From Escherichia phage ECO07P3, in sequence record OP172786: DNA of 64,000 nt; one strand, given 5' to 3'. A model generated the notes under the pieces. It saw only the letters and a program-made list of their open reading frames with translations, made no database searches and was not told the DNA's origin. The first letter of the stretch is position 1. Each line of letters opens with the position of its first letter. This document shows, in pieces, positions 8,375-16,644 of the stretch. The translations under genes and the position numbers were made by a program.

Positions 8375-8414
8375 TTTATTCTCCAAGTTGTTTTCTGTAT
8401 CAGTAGTTGATAGT

Positions 8415-8450
8415 TGTATAGTACCACGGAAGAACATGGATGTAAACAGT
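8415..8450 (-). promoter_or_regulatory. Early promoter (minus strand)
   Basis: Minus strand TTTACA, 17 nt, TACTAT, then ggagaataaaATG. Confidence 0.4.
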
Positions 8451-8580
8451 TTTGTGAAAAAATTTTAAAAAGTTTTAGGGAATTCTAGGGAAGGGATGGG
8501 CAATTAAAGGATAGGATAATATATTATAAAGGGTATAAACTAAATGATGCCTAGAGAGGCGCGGAAAGGCCTAGATACCA

Positions 8581-8605
8581 AAAAGCCCCAACCTTTTGGT
8601 CGGGG
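8581..8605 (-). terminator. Rho-independent terminator (minus strand)
   Basis: Minus-strand reading ccccgacc-aaaa-ggttgggg followed by cttttt. Confidence 0.6.
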
Positions 8606-8614
8606 TTAAGAATG

Positions 8615-8884
8615 TTATTTGATTTGTTTAGCAGACCAAATGCGGTCTTTAATAATTTTTTGGATGTCTTCAACATACTCAAGAGAGTGAACATGTGGAT
8701 TATCTTTGAAACTATAGGCACGGGCTAACTTTTGGCCTTCGGTTTTGATTACTAAAAGCTCTTTAAGGATAGCTTCATACTTAGCGATAATTCCTTTAAC
8801 AATATTTTTTTTCTTGTGTAGCTTTAGGATCTGCTTTAGGAGCAGGTTTACCCGAAGCCTTTGCAAAAGCAGCACCAGTAGCAA
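8615..8884 (-). CDS. Doubtful ORF; overlaps the 3' end of the upstream IP-like gene
   Basis: 89 aa ORF. I found no in-frame ATG/GTG/TTG downstream of the overlap, so the start is unresolved. Confidence 0.25.
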   Translation of the reverse strand: MLLVLLLQRLRVNLLLKQILKLHKKKNIVKGIIAKYEAILKELLVIKTEGQKLARAYSFKDNPHVHSLEYVEDIQKIIKDRIWSAKQIK

Positions 8885-9089
8885 CTAAACTTTTCCAGGC
8901 CATACTAACCGCATTTCCCGTAAATCCTTCGGCTTTCATATCACGAGCAAATTGGAATCGTGATTCATCGGAAGCATCTTTATAGGAATATTTACCCGCG
9001 GCAATGGCAGCTTTTGCAACAGCTTGAATTTCAGTGCTAGATGCTTCATTTAACACCGCTTCATTTAAAAATTGAGCATATGATTTCAT
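8796..9089 (-). CDS. Internal-protein-like gene with capsid-targeting sequence, in the e-to-tRNA region
   Basis: 97 aa; N-terminus MKSYAQFLNEAVLNEA fits the capsid-targeting consensus; Ala/Lys-rich body; flanked by terminator hairpins on both sides. Confidence 0.6.
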   Translation of the reverse strand: MKSYAQFLNEAVLNEASSTEIQAVAKAAIAAGKYSYKDASDESRFQFARDMKAEGFTGNAVSMAWKSLVATGAAFAKASGKPAPKADPKATQEKKYC

Positions 9090-9130
9090 CTTATTTCCTG
9101 TTTTAATTCGTGGTTTTAATATACTTATTT

Positions 9131-9162
9131 ATACTAAAAAGCCCCAACCTTTCGGTCGGGGC
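9131..9162 (-). terminator. Rho-independent terminator (minus strand)
   Basis: Minus-strand reading gccccgacc-gaaa-ggttggggc followed by ttttt; near-duplicate of the hairpin at 8581-8605. Confidence 0.65.
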
Positions 9163-9170
9163 TAAGCCTT

Positions 9171-9470
9171 GCGGCAACCTTGTCGGGGTTCCACCTGCTA
9201 AGGCAAGTGTTTGTACGAAACGCCGGGATTCGAACCCGGTTATTAAGCAGTTGACGCTACTTAATATTTTTAAAAGGCCATATCTCGACCATATCCGAAC
9301 GTTCCGTCAAAAACGCTACTCGGCTTACGGCAAAGATATTTCCTCGAATCGATAATTCTGTGCGCCGTTTCTGCTGTGATGTAAGGGGATATTAATAAAT
9401 CATAAAGATTTATTAAGACCAGTCCTTACACAGGGAACATCAGTCCGACGACTTACCGGTAGCGACCCGG
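9171..9470 (-). ncRNA. Candidate small stable RNA region, comparable to T4 RNA C / RNA D
   Basis: 300 nt with no ORF between the 116-aa ORF and the terminator; contains a tRNA T-arm-like element (minus-strand ccgggTTCGAATcccgg, plus 9223-9239). Inferred, not demonstrated. Confidence 0.3.
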
Positions 9471-9474
9471 TTTC

Positions 9475-9825
9475 TTAATATTCTTTTAAAGCATCAATCT
9501 GTTCACGACGTTTACGCCATAAATCAATTGCTTCATACGCAGATTCAGCATTTCGAATTGGACGGCATTTATATAAAGACTCGTGATTTTGATATTGCGT
9601 AGATAACGTAATTTTATCTAAAAGGTCTTTACGTTCAAAGTATTCGTAACCATCTAAGCCAAATGAACGATTTTTGAGAAATTGCCAATGACCATATTCG
9701 TTTTCGACATAAACATAATCCGCGTGTTGATAAAGCAAATTAATTACACGTTCAGAAATAACAGTGTCATTGTGATTAAAATAAAATGTTAAATCATGAA
9801 CTACTAAATAAACATTACCTTTCAT
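9475..9825 (-). CDS. Hypothetical protein (116 aa)
   Basis: ORF immediately downstream of tRNA-Arg; no recognisable domain. Confidence 0.4.
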   Translation of the reverse strand: MKGNVYLVVHDLTFYFNHNDTVISERVINLLYQHADYVYVENEYGHWQFLKNRSFGLDGYEYFERKDLLDKITLSTQYQNHESLYKCRPIRNAESAYEAIDLWRKRREQIDALKEY

Positions 9826-9841
9826 ATTTTCCTCACTTAAT

Positions 9842-9917
9842 TGGTCGAGGCAGTAGGGATCGAACCTACGACCTAGGACTTAGAAGGTCCTTGCTCTTCC
9901 TTCTGAGCTATGCCCCG
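9842..9917 (-). tRNA. tRNA-Arg (anticodon TCT)
   Basis: Cloverleaf folded by hand from the reverse complement; anticodon loop cTTCTaa; T-loop GGTTCGATCC; CCA encoded. Confidence 0.85.
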
Positions 9918-9921
9918 TAAT

Positions 9922-9997
9922 TGGGGTGACCGATGGGAGTCGAACCCATGACTACGAGAATCACAATCTCGAGTTCTACCAACTGAACTACGGCCAC
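9922..9997 (-). tRNA. tRNA-His (anticodon GTG)
   Basis: Anticodon stem cgaga/tctcg with loop ttGTGat; T-loop GGGTTCGACTCCC. Not part of the T4 set as I recall it. Confidence 0.75.
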
Positions 9998-10111
9998 ATT
10001 AATACCTACTCCAACAATCAAGATGTCTTCACACGAAATTAAGAGAAGAGTGATCAGTTCAACCCCGATAATCGCGTCAAGTAGATATTAATGTGACAAT
10101 TGTCACAAATT

Positions 10112-10186
10112 TGGCGGACGTGATAGGATTCGAACCTATAACCAATCGCTTAACAGGCGATCGCTCTGCCATTGAGCTACACATCC
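10112..10186 (-). tRNA. tRNA-Asn (anticodon GTT)
   Basis: Anticodon stem atcgc/gcgat with loop ctGTTaa; T-loop GGTTCGAATCC; CCA encoded. Confidence 0.8.
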
Positions 10187-10190
10187 AAAT

Positions 10191-10277
10191 TGGTGGGGAG
10201 TGATGGAGTCGAACCACCCGAGTCGCAATGACAATGGATTTACAGTCCACACCGCTACCTCTACGGGATAACTCCCC
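10191..10277 (-). tRNA. tRNA-Tyr (anticodon GTA), long variable arm
   Basis: Anticodon loop ctGTAaa; class II variable arm; T-loop GGTTCGACTCC; CCA encoded. Confidence 0.75.
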
Positions 10278-10290
10278 TTAATTCTTAATT

Positions 10291-10365
10291 TGGTGGCCCT
10301 GGGTGGAATTGAACCACCATCTGGCGATTATGAGTCGCTTGCTTGAACCTTCCAGCTACAGGGCC
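10291..10365 (-). tRNA. tRNA with CAT anticodon (Met, or Ile if lysidine-modified as in T4 tRNA-Ile)
   Basis: Anticodon loop ctCATaa; T-loop GGTTCAATTCC; CCA encoded. Confidence 0.75.
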
Positions 10366-10366
10366 T

Positions 10367-10443
10367 TGGTGCTGATTGACGGAATCGAACCGCCGACATC
10401 CTCATTACAAGTGAGTTGCTCTACCTACTGAGCTAAATCAGCA
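10367..10443 (-). tRNA. tRNA-Thr (anticodon TGT)
   Basis: Anticodon loop cTTGTaa; T-loop GGTTCGATTCC; CCA encoded. Confidence 0.8.
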
Positions 10444-10447
10444 AAAC

Positions 10448-10537
10448 TGGCGGAGGCGATAGGATTTGAACCTATGAGTCGCCGGAGCGACTGCCGGTTT
10501 TCAAGACCGGTGCATTAAACCACTCTGCCACGCCTCC
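10448..10537 (-). tRNA. tRNA-Ser (anticodon TGA), long variable arm
   Basis: Anticodon stem ccggt/accgg with loop cTTGAaa; long variable arm; T-loop GGTTCAAATCC; CCA encoded. Confidence 0.85.
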
Positions 10538-10539
10538 AG

Positions 10540-10613
10540 TCTCCATACAAGGATTTGAACCTTGGGCCTCCTGATCCCAAATCAGGCGCTCTACCAAACT
10601 GAGCTACACGGAG
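10540..10613 (-). tRNA. tRNA-Pro (anticodon TGG)
   Basis: Anticodon stem cctga/tcagg with loop ttTGGga; T-loop GGTTCAAATCC; CCA not encoded. Confidence 0.8.
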
Positions 10614-10623
10614 TAAATTAAAT

Positions 10624-10697
<74 letters not shown>

Positions 10698-10702
10698 AAA
10701 TT

Positions 10703-10789
10703 TGGTGCGAGAAGTGGGACTCGAACCCACAAGGAAATCATTCCGCAGCATTTTAAGTGCTGTGCCTTTACCAATTTGACCATTCTCGC
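10703..10789 (-). tRNA. tRNA-Leu (anticodon TAA), long variable arm
   Basis: Anticodon loop cTTAAaa; long variable arm; T-loop GGGTTCGAGTCCC; CCA encoded. Confidence 0.85.
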
Positions 10790-10790
10790 G

Positions 10791-10863
10791 CTGGGAATAA
10801 AGGACTCGAACCTTTGCATCCTGGAATCAAAATCCAGTGCCTTACCAACTTGGCTAATTCCCA
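10791..10863 (-). tRNA. tRNA-Gln (anticodon TTG)
   Basis: Anticodon stem ctgga/tccag with loop ttTTGat; T-loop GGTTCGAGTCC; first gene of the cluster in transcription order. Confidence 0.85.
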
Positions 10864-10960
10864 ATTATTAACAAAGGCTCTCTAACAAGAACCCTTGATG
10901 ATAGAGGGTATTAATCAGTGCGATATGAGTTAATAATAACAAATAATTCTTAAAGCATAT

Positions 10961-11248
10961 TTACCATTTATGATAATACATATTTACGATGCATTCAAGA
11001 CCCAAAGGATTCTTGAAAATATCATATTCAAGAGGACCTTTTTCTGTTTCAATAAAGAAATCAAAATTTACTGTATTAAATTTACGGTCTTCCTTTACTA
11101 ATTTAACTTGAGAAGATGAACGGTCAATGTAAACCTTTTCAACTTCAAAACATGTTAAAATGCCATAATCATCAATCAAGGCTTTAGCCGCATCTTGATC
11201 ATATTTATATCCATTTTCAATGGACGATACTTTCGCATAAAGAATCAT
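10961..11248 (-). CDS. Hypothetical protein (95 aa)
   Basis: ORF upstream of the tRNA cluster in transcription order; no recognisable domain. Confidence 0.45.
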   Translation of the reverse strand: MILYAKVSSIENGYKYDQDAAKALIDDYGILTCFEVEKVYIDRSSSQVKLVKEDRKFNTVNFDFFIETEKGPLEYDIFKNPLGLECIVNMYYHKW

Positions 11249-11250
11249 TA

Positions 11251-11655
11251 TTAACCTTTATCAACAATAGTATGTGTATGGGCATTTACAATTTGCCACC
11301 AGTCGAAACTATCGCCAAATCGTTTTGATTTATTGTCTTCAATAATTTGGCGTAATTCATCTTCTGTTTCAGCATACGCAATCAAATCATCATATCCACC
11401 GCAAGGATAGTAATTATCGCCTGCGAACAAAAGAAAATTTACTTTAGATGGGTCTACATAATAATGCTCTTTAGGATATTTAGTTCCTTTCCAATCAGTT
11501 ACTTCAACATAACGGTAAGAAAATCCATTTTTACTTTCAACCCAACTCCACGCTTCAAAAGGAGTATTAAAAACTCTATCAGGTATTAAATTACCTTCAA
11601 AATGAGAAGGATTTGCATAATCCCCAGCATAAACATAATATTCGTTAATATTCAT
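11251..11655 (-). CDS. Hypothetical protein (134 aa)
   Basis: ORF tightly packed with neighbours; aromatic-rich; no recognisable domain. Confidence 0.5.
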   Translation of the reverse strand: MNINEYYVYAGDYANPSHFEGNLIPDRVFNTPFEAWSWVESKNGFSYRYVEVTDWKGTKYPKEHYYVDPSKVNFLLFAGDNYYPCGGYDDLIAYAETEDELRQIIEDNKSKRFGDSFDWWQIVNAHTHTIVDKG

Positions 11656-11841
11656 TTATTCACCTTTAGAAATTTTATCCATAACGATAGCAATTAAACC
11701 AATTAAAAATGCTACTACAAGTGAAAAAACATTTTCTGCTGTAGTTAATAATCCGCATATAAATCCAACAAACATTGAAAAACTAAAAGCGGAAGCAGAA
11801 ATTGCAATAGCAACATTTCGAATTAATTCACAACGTTTCAT
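11656..11841 (-). CDS. Small membrane protein (61 aa)
   Basis: Two hydrophobic segments (VAIAISASAFSFSMFVGFICGLL and VFSLVVAFLIGLIAIV). Confidence 0.4.
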   Translation of the reverse strand: MKRCELIRNVAIAISASAFSFSMFVGFICGLLTTAENVFSLVVAFLIGLIAIVMDKISKGE

Positions 11842-11860
11842 TTTATTCTCCTCTGTAGTT

Positions 11861-11905
11861 GATAGGGTAATAGTATCACTACCCCATCTAAAAGTAAACT
11901 GTTTT
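11861..11905 (-). promoter_or_regulatory. Early promoter plus stem-loop cassette
   Basis: Minus strand: TTTAC, 17 nt, TACTAT; embedded inverted repeat gatagggta/taccccatc; followed by gaggagaataaaATG. Confidence 0.45.
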
Positions 11906-11911
11906 TATAAA

Positions 11912-12220
11912 CTATTTTATTCCGCGTGATGCAATTGTGTTCTGCCGTTTAACACCAGTTTGTTTAAAGTCATGATTGTCGATTTGATCGGTACGAGCAA
12001 CACCGAATGATGATTTAATCTTAGCTTTAGATCCTTTAGTTATAGAAATAAACATCTCGGAAGCCCCTTTCTTAAAGTCCGAGGCGATTACTTCAACGCC
12101 GTTCTTAGCAAGTGACCTCAGAATTGCCTCCGCGTACTCATCATCAAGACTCGCCTGAGTATTAATAACGAATGTCTTTGGTGCAGCCGCTTCATTGATA
12201 AATTCTTGATATGTTTTCAT
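11912..12220 (-). CDS. Internal protein with capsid-targeting sequence, at the ipI locus
   Basis: MKTYQEFINEA from the internal Met is a near-consensus capsid-targeting sequence; lies next to 57B where T4 ipI sits. Exact start (12220 or 12232) is uncertain. Confidence 0.7.
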   Translation of the reverse strand: MKTYQEFINEAAAPKTFVINTQASLDDEYAEAILRSLAKNGVEVIASDFKKGASEMFISITKGSKAKIKSSFGVARTDQIDNHDFKQTGVKRQNTIASRGIK

Positions 12221-12249
12221 TTTGATTTCCATTTAGTTTTGTTTTGATA

Positions 12250-12290
12250 GGGTAATAGTATCACAACTAAACCACCGTGTAAACAATTTA
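12250..12290 (-). promoter_or_regulatory. Early promoter (sigma70-like -35 TTTACA / -10 TACTAT)
   Basis: Minus strand GTTTACAC, 17 nt, TACTAT, upstream of the IP gene. Confidence 0.4.
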
Positions 12291-12560
12291 TTTTAAATAA
12301 ATTGCATATTTTTTATAACCAGCCGTCTCGTGACGCAGACCTTTTTCATTAGCAAAGCGTTCAATATTATTAATTTGATTCTGATCAAGTTCTGAAATAT
12401 CAAATACAAAAAAGTTTCGTTTATTTCCTAACGTTACATGATTCGTCAAATCAATGTTATAAAGATGATTTATATTATCAATCATAGTCTTAACAGATTT
12501 GCTAATTTTTACTTCTTCATTAAGAGCAGATTCAACGATAAACTCTTTGAAAGTTTTCAT
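12288..12560 (-). CDS. Second internal-protein-like gene with capsid-targeting sequence
   Basis: 90 aa; N-terminus MKTFKEFIVESALNEE fits the capsid-targeting consensus. Confidence 0.6.
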   Translation of the reverse strand: MKTFKEFIVESALNEEVKISKSVKTMIDNINHLYNIDLTNHVTLGNKRNFFVFDISELDQNQINNIERFANEKGLRHETAGYKKYAIYLK

Positions 12561-12580
12561 TTTATTTTCCTAATTAATTT

Positions 12581-12625
12581 TGATGAGGTAATAGTATCAC
12601 TACCTCATCAACGTGTAAACAACTT
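12581..12625 (-). promoter_or_regulatory. Early promoter plus perfect 10-bp stem-loop cassette
   Basis: Perfect inverted repeat tgatgaggta ... tacctcatca around the TACTAT -10, with -35 TTTACA upstream (minus strand); followed by ggaaaataaaATG. Confidence 0.45.
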
Positions 12626-12632
12626 TGTGAAA

Positions 12633-13329
<697 letters not shown>

Positions 13330-13330
<1 letters not shown>

Positions 13331-14043
13331 TATAGTACCTTTAGTGTATTTTTAATTTTAGAAAAAAGTTCTTCAAGAGAACCATCGTTTGTAATTACTA
13401 AATCGCCATCACGAATTGGCAATCCAGCTTCTGTAATATGAGTATCATTGGATTTTTGACCAGGACGAACTACATGAATTACTGTAGCACCCATCGCCCT
13501 AGCCGCATCCATTTCATGATCTTGACGAGTATCAGGAACGATATAATAATCATAACCTGAGTTAAATTTATCAAGATAATCTAAAGCAAATAATTTTACC
13601 CAATACATGCGGTCGAAGTTATTAACAATCAAATCCGTACCTAGGGCTTGCATCAGACGACGGACTGACCATTGATCTTCAATATTATTTATAACGTCAG
13701 CAATCTTGTTAAATGCTACGAAATTAACTGCGTCATCAAAAATAAACACACCTTTAATTGGGCTTTTACTATTAAGATAGCAAAATGCTTGTTCCATAAT
13801 CGTAATTACTTCTAATTTAGTCAGATTTAAATTAGTCTCACGATCATAGTCAATTCCTTCAAACTCTTTACGAGTTAAACAAGGATAGCCAGTGTTTGCT
13901 GCAAATACACCCCATGCATAAGCCAATGCATCCTTAATAGGACCAGCAAGTTGATATTTAACTGCAGAATAATTATTCATAATAAAATCTGCAGTAGTAT
14001 CTTTTCCACTACGCTTTACACCACTTAAAAAGATTAGTTTCAT
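13330..14043 (-). CDS. 1: Deoxynucleoside monophosphate kinase (gp1)
   Basis: 237 aa; P-loop GVKRSGKDT; gene order. Confidence 0.9.
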
Positions 14044-14092
14044 ATGTTTCTCCTCAAATTTAGTTAAGATTATAACACATGAAACTGAAGCA

Positions 14093-14623
14093 TTAAACTT
14101 CTGCTATAATTTTTCCATCTTTTTCTACTTGAAAATACGTATAAGGAATCGTTGCTGTGCATACTAAGGCTGGGTCTGAATCTTCTGTGTAGCTAAATTC
14201 TACTTCAGACAGGTCAGAAACCCAAGGCTTATAAAAATTTATTGACATCACGATTTCAGTTTTACTGTTATCTAAAATGTAAAGCGTAATGTATTCAGGA
14301 CCTGTTTTTTGGGCAGTATTTTCGCCTGTAAGATAGTTACTAGTTCCTAGCATCCATTCATACATTCCTATCCACGACTTAAGCTCTTCATCAACTATAA
14401 ATCTCACAATGAGTGGGTCGTACTCAAATGTAACTCCTGGACGCTGTGCTCTACCTAGTCCAAACGGCCCAGTCACGGTATCAGTAACAGGTATTCTAAT
14501 TCCCGGAATAGGAACTGACTGAGCATTTAAAGTAAAAGCAGATGTAGTATTACTATGCGGTATTGATACTACAAAGTTAGTTGTATTTGCTTGGTTAAAA
14601 ATTTGTTGTAGTGCTTGCGACAT
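14093..14623 (-). CDS. 3: gp3 tail completion / sheath stabiliser
   Basis: 176 aa from the internal ATG (MSQALQQIFNQ) with GAGGA RBS, matching T4 gp3 length; gene order. Confidence 0.8.
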   Translation of the reverse strand: MSQALQQIFNQANTTNFVVSIPHSNTTSAFTLNAQSVPIPGIRIPVTDTVTGPFGLGRAQRPGVTFEYDPLIVRFIVDEELKSWIGMYEWMLGTSNYLTGENTAQKTGPEYITLYILDNSKTEIVMSINFYKPWVSDLSEVEFSYTEDSDPALVCTATIPYTYFQVEKDGKIIAEV

Positions 14624-14729
14624 ATATTCCTCATAATGCTTCATAAATGTTGGTGGTATAATGGGTCTAAGTCCCTTCCATTCAATTCCAATTAGAACAA
14701 ACAATAGAAAAGAATGGAAGATAATAGAA

Positions 14730-15554
14730 TTAGATATTTGACCAGACTTTGTTTGCAGAGAAACGTTTTCCTTTTGAAACGAACTGCTGAAGTGGCATCA
14801 ACACAACGTTCGCCCAGTCTTTCGGGGCGATTTCAACAAGGCTACCCATAATATTACCAGGTATATATGCCTTAATCATTTGGTCTGCACCCCTAAATCC
14901 TTTCACTTGACTCCAATCAATTTTTAATTTCGTTTTATTAGTAATAGTAGGTGTATTTGAATATTGCTTTAAAAGCTCTTCTAGAAATTGCTGACGAGCT
15001 TTAGGTGGAATATAGTGCAAGTTCAATCCGTACATTAAATTATGTTTACCTAAACCAAGGTAAATTATCAAAGGAAATTTATCCCAGTAAGGAAGAGTTT
15101 CCTTGTGTTTAGCATCATAAGCAAAAGCATATATTCGTCCCGGCTGCGGGCGAACAACTTTATGTCCTTTTACTTGCTTAATAGTTTCAGCAAACCACTT
15201 TCTGGTTTTATTATTAATTGCTGCACCTTCATTACGAATTTTATCACGCAACGTTTGCCTGAATGAATTTATCATAAGCAGTTGTCTTTCTTGCTTATTG
15301 AGTTTATTCATTGGTTTTGATTCAAGCTTTTGAATCTTTTCAGCCGTTTTAATTCCTGAAGCATATTTTGACATTGCCGAAGTAAACGTAGAGTATTTGA
15401 TTCCTCTTTCTTCAGCAAATTGCTTTCCTGTCATTCCTTTTGCTTTGGCCTTTCTGTATTCAAGACCTATCTGAATCCATTTCTTTTCGTTTAATGATTG
15501 CTTAACCTTTGGAACTTGGGGAGTGCTTTCATTAATTATTTGAAAAATAGCCAT
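14730..15554 (-). CDS. 2: gp2 DNA end protector
   Basis: 274 aa, same as T4 gp2; gene order. Confidence 0.85.
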   Translation of the reverse strand: MAIFQIINESTPQVPKVKQSLNEKKWIQIGLEYRKAKAKGMTGKQFAEERGIKYSTFTSAMSKYASGIKTAEKIQKLESKPMNKLNKQERQLLMINSFRQTLRDKIRNEGAAINNKTRKWFAETIKQVKGHKVVRPQPGRIYAFAYDAKHKETLPYWDKFPLIIYLGLGKHNLMYGLNLHYIPPKARQQFLEELLKQYSNTPTITNKTKLKIDWSQVKGFRGADQMIKAYIPGNIMGSLVEIAPKDWANVVLMPLQQFVSKGKRFSANKVWSNI

Positions 15555-16006
15555 TATGCCCCCTTAAAGCCAAGAGCTCGTAATCCATCTTCTGTTAGAA
15601 TTCTAAATTTTATTCCACGCTTTTCAGCTAAAGCTTGAGCTGCTTTCCATTTGTCAGTATTAACGGAATATGTATAAATTTCATTCATAAATCTTTTCTT
15701 CGCTGCAGTTGTTAGATGTGCTGGTTTAACTGGTGGTTGTGTTTCTTTTTTAGGCTTTATTTCAATAAAAAATTCTTGTCCAGAAGAATCTTTCATCCAA
15801 ATATCCATGAAGTATCTACGTTTTTTCCCTTCTGCATTACAAAAATAAGGAATTACTGCTGTTTCACTACCCCATGCAATAATTTCTGGATTTTTATCTA
15901 ACCATTCAAAAAAGAATTTTTCCCAATTTGATCTATACGTAATTTTTTTAGGGTCACCTCTATATTTTGATATATTTTTAGGAACCCATTTTCCAGAATA
16001 TGCCAT
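15554..16006 (-). CDS. 4: gp4 head completion protein
   Basis: 150 aa, same as T4 gp4; gene order. Confidence 0.85.
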   Translation of the reverse strand: MAYSGKWVPKNISKYRGDPKKITYRSNWEKFFFEWLDKNPEIIAWGSETAVIPYFCNAEGKKRRYFMDIWMKDSSGQEFFIEIKPKKETQPPVKPAHLTTAAKKRFMNEIYTYSVNTDKWKAAQALAEKRGIKFRILTEDGLRALGFKGA

Positions 16007-16017
16007 TGGATTCTCCT

Positions 16018-16025
16018 TATAAATA
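16018..16025 (+). promoter_or_regulatory. Late promoter TATAAATA upstream of gene 53
   Basis: Exact match to the T4 late promoter consensus. Confidence 0.55.
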
Positions 16026-16032
16026 GATAATA

Positions 16033-16040
16033 TATTTATA
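16033..16040 (-). promoter_or_regulatory. Late promoter TATAAATA (minus strand) upstream of gene 4
   Basis: Exact TATAAATA on the minus strand about 27 nt upstream of the gene 4 start. Confidence 0.55.
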
Positions 16041-16053
16041 AACAGGAGGGCCC

Positions 16054-16644
16054 ATGCTCTTTACATTTTTTGATCCGATTGAATATGCGGCCAAAACGGT
16101 GAATAAAAACGCGCCGACTATTCCTATGACAGATATTTTTAGAAACTATAAAGACTATTTTAAACGCGCTCTTGCGGGATACCGCTTACGTACTTATTAT
16201 ATCAAAGGTTCACCACGCCCGGAAGAATTAGCAAATACTATATATGGAAATCCACAGTTGTATTGGGTTTTATTGATGTGTAATGATAATTATGATCCGT
16301 ATTATGGATGGATTACTTCGCAAGAAGCTGCTTATCAAGCATCTATACAAAAATATAAAAATGTAGGTGGAGACCAAATAGTATATCACGTGAATGAGAA
16401 TGGTGAAAAATTTTATAATTTAGTATCATACGATGATAATCCATATGTTTGGTATGACAAAGGCGATAAAGCTAGAAAATATCCTCAATATGAAGGAGCA
16501 CTTGCTGCTGTTAATACGTATGAAGCTGCTGTTCTTGAAAATGAAAAACTTCGTCAAATAAAAATAATAGCAAAATCAGACATCAATTCATTTATGAACG
16601 ACCTTATACGTATAATGGAGAAATCTTATGGAAATGATAAGTAA
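16054..16644 (+). CDS. 53: gp53 baseplate wedge protein
   Basis: 196 aa; AGGAGG RBS; gene order. Confidence 0.9.
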   Translation: MLFTFFDPIEYAAKTVNKNAPTIPMTDIFRNYKDYFKRALAGYRLRTYYIKGSPRPEELANTIYGNPQLYWVLLMCNDNYDPYYGWITSQEAAYQASIQKYKNVGGDQIVYHVNENGEKFYNLVSYDDNPYVWYDKGDKARKYPQYEGALAAVNTYEAAVLENEKLRQIKIIAKSDINSFMNDLIRIMEKSYGNDK

